DNA of 64,000 bases from an uncultured Acidobacteriota bacterium (GTDB taxonomy: Bacteria; Acidobacteriota; Polarisedimenticolia; J045), in NCBI GenBank assembly GCA_963702425.1, contig CAVPCQ010000016.1, forward strand, positions 32,001-96,000, given 5' to 3'. Positions within the stretch are counted from its first letter, which is position 1; each line of letters opens with the position of its first letter. Shown piece after piece: positions 1-11,138 of this stretch. The notes beneath the pieces are model-generated. The model did no database searches, had not been told where the DNA came from, and worked only from the letters and a program-made list of their open reading frames with translations. A program made the position numbers and the translations under genes.

Positions 1-2610
1 CGCCTTGGCGCGCGAACGCATCTCGGCGGTGACTTCCTCGAGCGGCACGCCGGTGACCAGCGCCGCGGTGTAGCGGTGGATGTCGAGATCCCGCCGGAAG
101 GCCTCGCTCAGCTCGGGGTCACCGGAGAGGTGCGCCAGGATGCGCAGCTCCATCTGCGAGTAGTCGGCAGAGACGAAGATCGAGCCCTGGTCCGGGACGA
201 AGGCCTCGCGGATCCGCTTGCCGATCGGTGTGCGGATCGGGATGTTCTGGAGGTTGGGGTCGGACGACGAGAGCCGGCCGGTCGCGGCGCCGAGCTGGTG
301 GAACTGGGTGTGGACCCGGCCGTCCCGCGGATCGACCAGCTTCGGCAGCGCGTCGACGTAGGTCCCCTTGAGCTTGGCCAGTTCGCGGTAGTCGAGCACC
401 TTCGCCGGCAGCGGGTGGTCCTCGGCCAGCGCCTCGAGGTCCTCCTGGCTGGTCGAGTGGGCCTTGGTCTTGGTGGTCTTGCGCCCCGTCGGCTGGAGCT
501 TCAGCTCGTCGAACAGCACGGTCCGGAGCTGCGGCGGCGAGCCGACGTTGAACGGGTGGCCGGCCAGCTCGAAGATCTCGCCCTCGAGCCGCGCCATCTC
601 GGCGTCGATCTCGCGCCCCATCGCGGCCAGCCGCTCGACGTCGATCCGCACCCCCTCGTGCTCCATCTCCTCGAGGATCGCGACCAGCGGCATCTCGATC
701 TCTTCGAAGAGCCGCCACAGCCCCTCCTCGCGCAGCTTCGCCTCGAGCGGCGCGACCAGGCGCAGCGCCACGACGGCGTCCTCGACGGCGTATCGGGCGA
801 CCGCGGCGATGCCGACCTGGTCGAGCGTCTGCTCGACGCCGCCGCTCCGCGAGACCTCGCTGTACGGGATCATGCCGACGCCGAGGTAGCGCGTCGCCAG
901 GTCGTCCAGGCGGTGGCTCGTGGTGCGGCCGGGATCGAGCAGCTGGGCCGCGATCAGGGTGTCGAAGACGATCCCCTGCACGACGACGCCGGCGGCGCGC
1001 AGTGCGGCGCGGTCGTACTTGAGGTTCTGGCCGGCCTTGGGGACCCCGGGGTCCTCGAGCACGCGAGCCAGCACGGGGCGCGCGTCGTCCCAGGCGGCCT
1101 GCGGCTCGCCGGTCTTGTGCCCGACCGGCAGGTAGGCGCCGCCGCCGCCGTTCCAGGCCAGGGAAACGCCGACCAGGCGCGAGGCGCGCGCGACGAGCGA
1201 ATCGGTCTCGGTGTCGACGGCGAGCGGCCGCGCCGCGGCGAGCGTCTTCGCCAGCTGCTTCAGCGCCGCAAGATCGTCCAGGACCGCGACCTCGAGCGAC
1301 GCGCCGAGCGGGGCGGGGCCGGGGGCGGCCGCGGGCGCGGGGGTCGCCGGCGCAGGCGCATCGAAGAGGCCGGGCTTGAGCGAGAGCGCCGGAGGCGGTG
1401 CCGGACGCGACGGGGCCGCGGGCGCAGTTGGTTCCGGCGCCGCGGGCGCACTGGCTTCCCCCCCGGCGTCCCCCGCCGCCGCAGCTTCGCTCGCCGATTC
1501 GAACTCCCGCTGCAGGGTCCGGAAACCGAGTCTCCGGAACAGCGCGACCGCTCCGGCGCGGTCCTCGTGACCGGCGCGCATCCGGTCGAGGTCGAGCGCC
1601 ACCGGCGCATCGGCGCGCACTGTCACCAGCTGCTTGGAGAAGTGCGCGGCGGCTTCGTTGTCGGCGAGCGAGAGCCAGACCTTCGGCTGCGTCCTGCTTT
1701 CCAGCTCCTTGAGCGCCTTCCGGAGCGCGCGCTCGGGGGTCGACGCGGTCAGGCCGGCGGCAGCGCCGAAGCGGGCGACGAACTCGGCTGCCTCGTCGCC
1801 GCCCAGCCGCTCCTCGAGCGCGGCCAGCTCGCGAGCCGCCGGCACGAGCGCGGCAAGCGCGCCGTCCAACGCCGCTGCATCGCCTGCAACGCCCGCCTCG
1901 AGCGCCACCAGCGCGCGCTCCTTCGCCTGCCACACCGCGCGGAACAGCCGCGCGCGCGCCAGCGCCGCGTCGAGCGTGTCGTAGCGGCGAATCATCGCCT
2001 TGGCGGTCTTCTCGCCGACGCCCGGGACGCCCGGGACGTTGTCGGTGGCGTCGCCCATCAGCGACAGCACGTCGACGACCTGGTCGGGCCGCGCGCCGAA
2101 GACCTCGAGGACCCCCGCCGGATCGAGGACGCGGTCGTCCTTGGCCGGGTTGAGCACGACGACGTCGGCGTCGACGAGCTGGTAGAGGTCCTTGTCGGCG
2201 GTCACCAGCACGACGTCGAGCCCGCGCGCCTTGGCCTCGCCCGCGAGGGTCGCGAGCACGTCGTCGGCCTCGAAGCCGGGCGCGGTCAGGACCGGCCAGC
2301 CCAGGACCGTCGCCGCCTCCATCGCCAGCCCGAACTGCGGGACCAGGTCGTCGGGCGGCTCGGGCCGGTTGGCCTTGTAGTCCTCGAAGATCTCGTCGCG
2401 GTGAGTCGGCCCCTCGACGTCGAAAGCGACGCCGAAGTGCGCCGGCTGGTTCTCGCGCAGGAGTTTGCGCACGGTGTTGACGAAGCCGAAAACGCCGCCG
2501 GTCGGCGTGCCGTCGGCCGCGCGCAGCCCCTGGATCGCAAAGAAGGCGCGGAAGACGGCGTAGGTCCCGTCGAAGAGGAACAGCTTGTCCTTCGCGCCGG
2601 CCTCGGCCAT
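1..2610 (-). CDS. polA: DNA polymerase I (3' end runs off the window)
   Basis: Manual translation from ATG 2610: MAEAGAKDKLFLFDGTYAVFRAFFA (5' nuclease), DNVPGVPGVGEKTA (H3TH), exonuclease motifs VDTET/QNLKYD/YAVEDA, polymerase motifs TGRLSSSDPNLQNIP and SADYSQMELRILAHLS. Absent from the ORF track because it has no stop in the window. Confidence 0.97.
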   Translation of the reverse strand, partial: MAEAGAKDKLFLFDGTYAVFRAFFAIQGLRAADGTPTGGVFGFVNTVRKLLRENQPAHFGVAFDVEGPTHRDEIFEDYKANRPEPPDDLVPQFGLAMEAATVLGWPVLTAPGFEADDVLATLAGEAKARGLDVVLVTADKDLYQLVDADVVVLNPAKDDRVLDPAGVLEVFGARPDQVVDVLSLMGDATDNVPGVPGVGEKTAKAMIRRYDTLDAALARARLFRAVWQAKERALVALEAGVAGDAAALDGALAALVPAARELAALEERLGGDEAAEFVARFGAAAGLTASTPERALRKALKELESRTQPKVWLSLADNEAAAHFSKQLVTVRADAPVALDLDRMRAGHEDRAGAVALFRRLGFRTLQREFESASEAAAAGDAGGEASAPAAPEPTAPAAPSRPAPPPALSLKPGLFDAPAPATPAPAAAPGPAPLGASLEVAVLDDLAALKQLAKTLAAARPLAVDTETDSLVARASRLVGVSLAWNGGGGAYLPVGHKTGEPQAAWDDARPVLARVLEDPGVPKAGQNLKYDRAALRAAGVVVQGIVFDTLIAAQLLDPGRTTSHRLDDLATRYLGVGMIPYSEVSRSGGVEQTLDQVGIAAVARYAVEDAVVALRLVAPLEAKLREEGLWRLFEEIEMPLVAILEEMEHEGVRIDVERLAAMGREIDAEMARLEGEIFELAGHPFNVGSPPQLRTVLFDELKLQPTGRKTTKTKAHSTSQEDLEALAEDHPLPAKVLDYRELAKLKGTYVDALPKLVDPRDGRVHTQFHQLGAATGRLSSSDPNLQNIPIRTPIGKRIREAFVPDQGSIFVSADYSQMELRILAHLSGDPELSEAFRRDLDIHRYTAALVTGVPLEEVTAEMRSRAKA

Positions 2611-2624
2611 CGCGGCAGCCCGGT

Positions 2625-3137
2625 CTAGAACGGGCTGAACCCCTGCTCCGCGAACCACGAGTCGCGCATCTGGCGCTCGAGGTCGACCAGCGTCTCGAGG
2701 TGCCCGGCCTCCCACTCCGCGAGGAAGCGGAAGACCTTGGCCGACTCCTCGTCGGGGCAGCGGGTCGCGGCGTCCTGGTAGAAGTGGATCGCCGAGCGCT
2801 CCAGCTCCGCGCCAGCCGCGACGACCGCCATCTCGAAGTCGCCGCCCTTTACGCGCTGCAGGAACGACGGGGTCAGGATCTCGGAGTGGTCCAGCGGCGA
2901 GAGGTTCTCCGGGGTCGCCGGCATCGCCCACTCGCCTTTCTCCCACAGCGAGCGGAAGTTGGTCTCGAGGAAGTCCTTGTGGTGCTTCTCGTCCTCGGCC
3001 AGCGACTTGAACATCTCCTTCGCGGCCGGGTCGGTGGCGCGCTCGGCGGCGGCCTTGTAGACCTCGTAGCCGCGCAGCTCGGTGATGATCGCGGTCTTGA
3101 CGGCCTCGAGGACGATCTTGCGCGACGCGGTGTCCAT
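2625..3137 (-). CDS. Ferritin-like / rubrerythrin-family diiron protein
   Basis: Two ExxH-type repeats (LAEDEKHH, LAEWEAGH) in a four-helix pattern; AAGGAG RBS upstream. Confidence 0.85.
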   Translation of the reverse strand: MDTASRKIVLEAVKTAIITELRGYEVYKAAAERATDPAAKEMFKSLAEDEKHHKDFLETNFRSLWEKGEWAMPATPENLSPLDHSEILTPSFLQRVKGGDFEMAVVAAGAELERSAIHFYQDAATRCPDEESAKVFRFLAEWEAGHLETLVDLERQMRDSWFAEQGFSPF

Positions 3138-3207
3138 GGGGGCTCCTTGGGGGGTCCTGGCGGGTTCCGGGATGGAGCCGCGATTCTAGCAGCCCCCCGG
3201 ACCCCCG

Positions 3208-4724
<1,517 letters not shown>

Positions 4725-4728
<4 letters not shown>

Positions 4729-6194
4729 GGCGTGGTGACCTCCGGGCGGGCGGCCGGCAGCACGACGTCGAAGCGCGCGCCCGTCGTCCGCCCCGGCTGA
4801 AGCACGAGGCGGCCGCCGTGGGAGCGCACGAGGCCGTAGGCAACGGAGAGGCCGAGCCCGGTCCCCTGACCGGGCGGCTTGGTGGTGAAGAACGGCTCGA
4901 AGATCCGCTCGCGGATCTCCGGCGGGACGCCGGGCCCGTCGTCCTCGACCGAAGCGACGAGCTCATCCGGATCGGCGCCGTCGGCTTCGCGGCCGCGACC
5001 GACGCGGAGCGTGATCGTCCCGCCCGCGGAGGCCGCGTCGGCGGCGTTGAGCACCAGCGCGAGCAGGACCTGCACCAGCTGGTCCTCGTCGGCCTGGATC
5101 GGCGGCAGACCGGGCTCGGCCTCGACCGCGATCGACAGCTTGGCGACCCGCGGGTTGTGCCGGAGCACGAAGAGCGCGCGGCACGCGATCGACTCGAGGT
5201 CGCAGGCGCGGCGCGCGCCGGCCCCCTTGACGCGCGAGAAGTCGAGCAGCCCCCCGAGGATCCCGGCGCAGCGGTAGGCCTCCTGCTCGATTACCTCGGC
5301 GTCGGCCCGCACTTCTTCGCGATCGGTCCCGTCGAGCGGCTGCGCCAGGCGGCGGCGCAGCGCCTCGGCGCAGCCGGCGATCGTCGCCAGGGGGTTCCGG
5401 ATCTCGTGCGCGACGCCGGCGGCCAGGCGCCCGGCCGCGGCGAGCGTCTCGGTCTGGGCGATCGAACGTTCCATCGCGCGCTGCTCGGTGACGTCCTGGG
5501 CGAAGGTGACGACATGGGTCACGGCGCCGCCGCTGCCGAGGCGCATCGGCAGCCGCTCGACGCGGTAGATCCTCGGCGATTCCTGCCCCTCGACCTCGTA
5601 CGACCGGGCGCGCCCTTCGCGGAAGATCGCTTCGTACTCGCGGCGCAGCGCGTCGTCGTCGCCGGTCACCGAGAACAGGCTCTGGCCCAGCACCTCGCCG
5701 CGCGGCCGGCCGAGCGGGCCGTCCTCGCGCCCGCGGTTCCAGACCACCACCCGGGCCTCGCGGTCGATCGCGTGCAGCGAGACCGGCAGCGCGTCGAGCA
5801 CCGCCTGGAACAGCACCCGCTCACCGACCTCGTCGGCGCGGCGCGACGCGGCGCGCCCGCCGGCCAGCGCCCGGCCGGCGCGGATCGTGATCTCCTCGTC
5901 GCTTTCGGAGGGGGAGACGACGTCGGCCGCGCCGGCGTGAAAGAGCGCGACCCGCGCGTCGGCCAGCGTCGTCGGAGCCAGCCCGATCGCCGCCGCCGCG
6001 CCGGCCTCCAGCGCGGCGCGCAGCGAGGACGGCCCCTGGCCCGGCCCGCCCGCGTCGCTGTCGACCAGCACCAGCGCCCCGGGCTGAATCGCGTCGAGGT
6101 AGGGCACCCCCAGGCGCCCGGCCACCGCGCGCGCGGCACGCTCCAGCGCGGCGGGGCCGATCCCCGCGACGCCGGCCAGCTTCTGCGATGCCAT
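4725..6194 (-). CDS. PAS sensor histidine kinase with degenerate N-terminal receiver-like domain
   Basis: H-box HEIRNPL, N-box LVLNAADA, G1 EDDGPG, F/G2 FEPFFTTK..GTGLGL; PAS-like segment (VVVWNRG). Overlaps the regulator start. Start placed at MASQKL (6194), not certain. Confidence 0.9.
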
Positions 6195-6396
6195 CCCCGG
6201 CCCGTCCTCCGGCCCGGGCCGCGCATCCCCGCGCGGCCGGTCCGCCCTCTCGAGTCCCCGGCCGAATATGGGTTCCCGGCGGGGCACCGGCCAGATCGTC
6301 CAACTTCCGGTCACCCCCTTCGGGTCGATTCGTTCCACAAATCGGCCCCGGGGGGCCCCTTCGCCGTCCGAACGCATGCGCAGCGGTTCATCCGGT

Positions 6397-6413
6397 TTGG
6401 CGCGCAACTTGTA
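6397..6413 (+). promoter_or_regulatory. Candidate sigma-54 (-24/-12) promoter
   Basis: TTGGCGCGCAACTTGTA versus consensus TGGCACG-N4-TTGC(A/T); spacing is correct but -12 is GT, not GC. Lies just upstream of GGAGG (6426-6430) and GTG 6436. Confidence 0.55.
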
Positions 6414-6435
6414 TCGGGAAGGGGCGGAGGTGCGC

Positions 6436-8283
6436 GTGAAAGCTGCGCCCGCCAGGCGCCGGACCCTGCCCTACCTCGTGCCGCTGGTCGCCGCGGCCGC
6501 GGGGGCGCTGGCGCTCTGCCTGACGGCGGGCTCGACCTGGCCGGAGCTGGTGCCGGCGGCGCTCCCGGCGCTCGTCGCGGCGCTCGTCGCGTGGGCCGCC
6601 TTCGAGCGCCTGCGAACGCGGAATGGCCAGCTCGAGCAGCTGGTCCGCCTCCACCAGCAGATGACCGAGACCTTCGCCCGCGCGATCGACGCCCGCGACG
6701 TCCGGCGGCGCGGCCACGCGCGCCGCGTGGCGATGACCAGTCTCGAACTGGGCAGGCGGCTGCTGGGAAGGCCGGGCGGCGAGGCGCTCGATCCCGCCGG
6801 GCTGGAGACGCTGCACGCCGCGGCCCTGCTCCACGACATCGGGCAGCTGGGGCTTCCCGACCACCTGCTGCGCGAGGACATCCCCGAGCAGGGGCTGGAG
6901 CAGGAGAAGTTCCGGCACCACGCCGAGCTGGGGGCCGCGATCCTGCGCGAGGTCACGCTGCCGCAGCCGCTGGCGCCGTTGGTGCGGCACCATCACGAGC
7001 GCTGGGACGGCCGTGGCTACCCCGACGGCCTGGCCGGCGAGGCGATCCCGCTCGGAGCGCGGATCATCGCCGTCGGCGACCAGCTCGAGCAGCTGCGCCG
7101 CACGCTCGGGCGGGCACCGTCGCAGAACGAGCAGGTCGATCACGTGGCGCGCCTGGCGGGGAGCGTGCTCGACCCGCACCTGGCGGACGTCTTCTGTCGC
7201 GCCGCGACCGAGATCCTCGGCGTCGTCGAGGCGGATGAATCCCAGCGGGCCTCGCAGGTCGAGGTGCACGACGCGCTCGACGACATCGGCGCGGCGCGCA
7301 GCGAGGTCTCCGTACTTTACGACCTGGCGCGGCAGCTGGGCCAGACGCTCGATCTCTCCGAGATGCTGCCCCAGGCAGTCGAGCACCTGCGGCGGATGAT
7401 GCCGGTCTCCTCGGCCGCGCTCTTCCTCGAGACCGACGGCGAACTGGCGGCGCGCGCCGCTCACGGCCCGCTGGCGCCGCTGCTGGTGCGCCGCAGCTTC
7501 ACGCCGGGCGAGGGGCACATCGGCTGGGCGTTCCTCCACGGCGTGACCGTCGTCAACGAGGACCCGCGCACCGACCTCGGCGGAACGGCCGCGGAGGACG
7601 ACGCCTGCGCGCTGCCGCGCGCCGCGGCACTCGTGCCGCTGGGCGACGACGTCGGGCGGCTGGGACTGCTCGCGCTCTACGCCGACGAGCCGGCCGCCTT
7701 CACCGACGACCACCGGCGCGTGCTGGACTCGGCGGCGGCGCAGCTGGCGCGGGCGCTGCGCAACGCGCTGCGCTACGAGGCGATCCAGCGCTCGTCGCTG
7801 ACCGACCCGCTGACCGGCATCCCCAACAGCCGCTTCCTCTACCTGCGGCTCGAACAGGAGCTGGCGCGCGCGATCCGCAGCGCGACGCCGCTGACCGTCG
7901 CCGTGATGGACCTCGACGGCTTCAAGGGGGTCAACGACCAGCACGGCCACCAGGCCGGCGACGTCGTACTGCGCCGCCTGGCGGCGATCCTGTGTGACGC
8001 GCTGCGCACCGGCGACACGGTCTGCCGCTACGCCGGCGACGAGTTCGTGGCGCTGCTGCCGGAGACGACGGTCGAGGAGGCCGAGGTGGTGCTCTCGCGG
8101 CTGAAGGAGAGCGTGCGCACGACCGGCTACGAGCTGCCGGACGGAACGGTGGTGACCGTCGGGATCAGCGTCGGCGCGGCAGCCTTCCCGGACGACGGGA
8201 GCAGTCTCGAGGAGCTGATCCACCGCGCCGACAAGGCGATGTATCGCGACAAGTCGGCGGGACGGGAGCTGGCGCGGCAGTAG
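6436..8283 (+). CDS. Membrane-anchored HD-GYP + GAF + GGDEF (AGDEF variant) c-di-GMP enzyme
   Basis: Two N-terminal TM helices, HDIG and HHERWDGRGYP, a GAF-like region, DLDGFKGVNDQHGHQAGD, RTGD I-site and RYAGDEF. Confidence 0.9.
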   Translation: MKAAPARRRTLPYLVPLVAAAAGALALCLTAGSTWPELVPAALPALVAALVAWAAFERLRTRNGQLEQLVRLHQQMTETFARAIDARDVRRRGHARRVAMTSLELGRRLLGRPGGEALDPAGLETLHAAALLHDIGQLGLPDHLLREDIPEQGLEQEKFRHHAELGAAILREVTLPQPLAPLVRHHHERWDGRGYPDGLAGEAIPLGARIIAVGDQLEQLRRTLGRAPSQNEQVDHVARLAGSVLDPHLADVFCRAATEILGVVEADESQRASQVEVHDALDDIGAARSEVSVLYDLARQLGQTLDLSEMLPQAVEHLRRMMPVSSAALFLETDGELAARAAHGPLAPLLVRRSFTPGEGHIGWAFLHGVTVVNEDPRTDLGGTAAEDDACALPRAAALVPLGDDVGRLGLLALYADEPAAFTDDHRRVLDSAAAQLARALRNALRYEAIQRSSLTDPLTGIPNSRFLYLRLEQELARAIRSATPLTVAVMDLDGFKGVNDQHGHQAGDVVLRRLAAILCDALRTGDTVCRYAGDEFVALLPETTVEEAEVVLSRLKESVRTTGYELPDGTVVTVGISVGAAAFPDDGSSLEELIHRADKAMYRDKSAGRELARQ

Positions 8284-8286
8284 CCG

Positions 8287-8958
8287 CTACGACAGGGCCA
8301 CCTTCCGCCGCGAGCGCTCCATCCGCTCCCGCACCCGCTCCGCCACGTCCTCGGGCACCGGCCCGTGGTGCATCACGGCGCGGTCGAGGTCGATCACGTA
8401 GAGCGCGTCCTCGGAGCGCAGGATGTTGCCGAGGTTGAGGTCGCGGTGCTCGAGGCCACGCTCGAGCAGCAGCTCGCAGAAGCGCCGCGCCTCGTCCCAC
8501 AGCGCGGCGCGGCGCGCGGGGTCCCGCTCTTCCGCCAGCAGACGCGCCATGTCGATCGCGTCCTTCAGGAACGCGCTCATTCCCCAGGCCCGCCAGCCGG
8601 GCCGTGCCGGGAGCAGCACCACCCCCAGCGGTCGCGCGGTCGGGACGCCGGCCGCCGCGGCGAGCCGGCCGGTCTCCAGCTCCGCCACGAAGCGCTCGCA
8701 GTCGAAATAGCGCTCGCGGTTGAAGCTGGCGACGACGCCGCCGCGCAGGTACTGCTTGACCAGCAGCGCCGGTCCGCCGGGGATCGGCACCACGGCCCGC
8801 GGTCCGCGCCCGGTGCCCGGGCCGTCGGGTCGTGGCGCCAGCCGCTCCCAGGGCCGCCCGAGCCCGGCCGCCAGCACGGCGTCGGCGAGCGCCGCGTCGA
8901 GGACGCAGGTCGCTTCGCCCTCCTCGCGGACGACGAATCCCGGGGGGGCCACGATCAC
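8287..8958 (-). CDS. Lipopolysaccharide kinase, KdkA/Kdo-kinase-like
   Basis: KQYLRGG, RFVAEL, HRDLNLGNIL and VIDLDRA match Kdo/WaaP kinase motifs; GTG 8958 overlaps the upstream stop (GTGA). Confidence 0.78.
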   Translation of the reverse strand: MIVAPPGFVVREEGEATCVLDAALADAVLAAGLGRPWERLAPRPDGPGTGRGPRAVVPIPGGPALLVKQYLRGGVVASFNRERYFDCERFVAELETGRLAAAAGVPTARPLGVVLLPARPGWRAWGMSAFLKDAIDMARLLAEERDPARRAALWDEARRFCELLLERGLEHRDLNLGNILRSEDALYVIDLDRAVMHHGPVPEDVAERVRERMERSRRKVALS

Positions 8959-9779
8959 GCGTCCGGCCCCGCGGCGCTGCCGGCCCCGGCGCGTGGGTCG
9001 ATCGCCTCGCCCCCGGCGCGCGTCAGCTCCCAGAGCCGCGCGTATTTCATATAGACCGTCATCGCCGTGAAAGCGGCCAGCACCAGCCCCGGGCCGCCGT
9101 CGAGGAAGCCGCGCTTGAGCACGTACGCCCGCACGAAGCGCGCGATCGGCCGACTGAAGACGGTGAAGGCCGAGGCCCGCCGGCCGCGCCGGTGCGCCTC
9201 GCGCGCACCGGCCTCGGCCCAGCGCCAGGCTTTCGGCACGTACTGCGGGAAGGAGCGGAAGGTGTCGTGCAGCAGCGGCGCGGCCAGCGCCGGGAGCGGC
9301 CCGGGCAGATCGATCTCCTCGTGCACCAGCCGGTCGTCGTAGCGCGCCGTGTCGCGCGCGATCAGGCGGATCACCTTGTCCGTGCCCCAGCCGCCGTGCT
9401 TCATCACGCGCCCGAGGAAGCGGTTCTCGCGCGGGATCCAGCTCCCGGGCGCGGCCGGCCCGCCGGCGGCGAACAGCGCGCGCAGCTCGGAGGCCAGCGC
9501 GGGCGAGACCTGCTCGTCGGCGTCGAGGATCAGGACCCACGGGTGCTTGCACTGCGGGATCGCCCAGTTCTTCTGGCGGGCCGGCGACTCGTAGGGGTGC
9601 TCGAGGATCCGCGCGCCGTGCCCCAGCGCGAGCGCCAGCGTCCGGTCGGTCGAGCCGGAGTCGACGACCAGCAGCTCGCCTGCAAGGCCGGCCACGGACG
9701 CCAGGCAGGCTCCGATCGTCTGCTCCTCGTCGCGGGTGGTGACGAGCACCGAGATCGGCAGCGGCGGCGCGCCGCTCAC
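8955..9779 (-). CDS. Family 2 glycosyltransferase, LPS core (WaaE/KdtX-like)
   Basis: ISVLVTTRDEE, VVDSGSTDRT, QKNWA, WVLILDADE, VHE, GFLDG; GTG overlaps the tatC stop. Confidence 0.88.
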   Translation of the reverse strand: MSGAPPLPISVLVTTRDEEQTIGACLASVAGLAGELLVVDSGSTDRTLALALGHGARILEHPYESPARQKNWAIPQCKHPWVLILDADEQVSPALASELRALFAAGGPAAPGSWIPRENRFLGRVMKHGGWGTDKVIRLIARDTARYDDRLVHEEIDLPGPLPALAAPLLHDTFRSFPQYVPKAWRWAEAGAREAHRRGRRASAFTVFSRPIARFVRAYVLKRGFLDGGPGLVLAAFTAMTVYMKYARLWELTRAGGEAIDPRAGAGSAAGPDA

Positions 9780-10549
9780 TTCGCCTCGCTCCCCTTCGGC
9801 GCCCGCGGCTGCACGACCCACGCCACGCCGATGCTCAGCAGGTAGAGCCCGATCATCGGCAGGGCGAAGATCGTCATCGTCATCATGTCCGGCGTCGGGG
9901 TCAGGATCGCCGCCAGCACGAAGATCACGAAGATCGCCTTGTCGAGCTGCTTCCACAGGCCGCGCGCGCTGACGATCCCGAACCGCGCCAGCGCCAGGGC
10001 GAGCAGCGGCATCTCGAACATCAGCCCCAGGCCCAGCAGCAGCTTGCTGGCGAACGAGAAGGCGCTGTCGACGGTGATGTGGCTCTGGAACCCGGTCCCC
10101 TGGTCGGCCAGGAACTTCGCCGCCGTGGGGACCGCGACGTAGTAGGAGAAGGCCGCGCCGGCGGCGAAGAGCAAGCTGCCAGCGGTGATCACCGGCACGA
10201 TCCAGCGCCGCTCGCGCGGGTAGAGGCCGGGCGCGACGAAGGACCAGGCCTGGTAGAGGATCATCGGCAGGCCGATGAAGATCCCGCCCAGCAGCGCGGC
10301 CTTCATCTTGTTCATGAAGGCTTCGGCCGGACGGATCACGCTGAGCTGGCCCATCGCCTGCTGGATCGGGTCGAGCAGGAAGGCGAGCAGCCGGTCGGAG
10401 AAGATCCAGGCGACGACGAACCCGATGAACACGGCGGCGGCGGCCCAGGTGACCCGGCGGCGCAACTCGTCGAGGTGGTCGAGGAACCCCATCCTGGCGC
10501 CGGCCTCGCCGGCGTCGGGGGTCGGCTCCTCGACGGGGGGAACGGTCAC
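9776..10549 (-). CDS. tatC: Twin-arginine translocase subunit TatC
   Basis: MGFLDHLDELRRR, FVAPGLYPRERR, FEMP, AAILTPTPD. Confidence 0.97.
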   Translation of the reverse strand: MTVPPVEEPTPDAGEAGARMGFLDHLDELRRRVTWAAAAVFIGFVVAWIFSDRLLAFLLDPIQQAMGQLSVIRPAEAFMNKMKAALLGGIFIGLPMILYQAWSFVAPGLYPRERRWIVPVITAGSLLFAAGAAFSYYVAVPTAAKFLADQGTGFQSHITVDSAFSFASKLLLGLGLMFEMPLLALALARFGIVSARGLWKQLDKAIFVIFVLAAILTPTPDMMTMTIFALPMIGLYLLSIGVAWVVQPRAPKGSEAK

Positions 10550-10962
10550 GGGGTGCCGGGCTGGCCGGGGTCGGACGGCGGGTCGGCGGACGGGTTCGCG
10601 GCCGGCCCGGCGTCCCCCGGCTCCGGGGCGGCCGGTCCCGGCGCAGCCGGCCCGTCGACCGCCTCCGGCGGAAGCTCGCGGCGGCGGTTGGGATCGACGT
10701 AGGGGGGCGGCCCGAACCCGGCCAGCTCGCGCGCGATCGCGCTCGCGTCGCGCTGGATCCCCTTCACCTCGCTCATCGCTCCCTTGACGTCCTCGAGCGC
10801 GACCTCCCGCTCGAGGGTCCCCTGCATGTCGCGCATCGCGTGCCGGGCCTGGGCCACGAAACCGCCGAGCTGCTTGCCGAGCTGCGGCAGGCGGCGCGGC
10901 CCGAAGATGAGCAGGGCGAGGATCATCAGGAGGAAGAACTCGGGGCCGCCGATGTCGAACAT
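10546..10962 (-). CDS. tatB: Twin-arginine translocase TatA/TatB-family subunit
   Basis: MFDIGGPEFFLLMILALLIFGPRRLP, then an amphipathic helix and Pro-rich tail; directly upstream of tatC. Confidence 0.85.
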   Translation of the reverse strand: MFDIGGPEFFLLMILALLIFGPRRLPQLGKQLGGFVAQARHAMRDMQGTLEREVALEDVKGAMSEVKGIQRDASAIARELAGFGPPPYVDPNRRRELPPEAVDGPAAPGPAAPEPGDAGPAANPSADPPSDPGQPGTP

Positions 10963-11138
10963 CGCGGGCGCATCGTAGCGGCGCCCCCCCGGCGGGTCAA
11001 CAGAACGGCTCCGCCCCCGGAGCCGCAAGCCCTTGCCCCTCCGGCCCTTGCGTGGCGAGCGGTGCCGCTGCAGCGGTCCGGCCGACCGTCCGGCGAGGGC
11101 GATTGGGGCGAACTTCCGGCCCACCCTATACTTCCGGC

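Noticed and set aside
1690-1950. Intein in polA
   Set aside because: No N-terminal Cys/Ser block and no C-terminal HN-C/S/T motif; the insert is helical and Ala-rich.
76-2628. 850-aa plus-strand ORF and similar very long ORFs (36427-41070, 32694-35540, 47824-50598, 60320-63079)
   Set aside because: Antisense shadows of real genes (polA, acylase, OPT, anti-sigma, protease) caused by stop-codon scarcity at high GC; no protein motifs.
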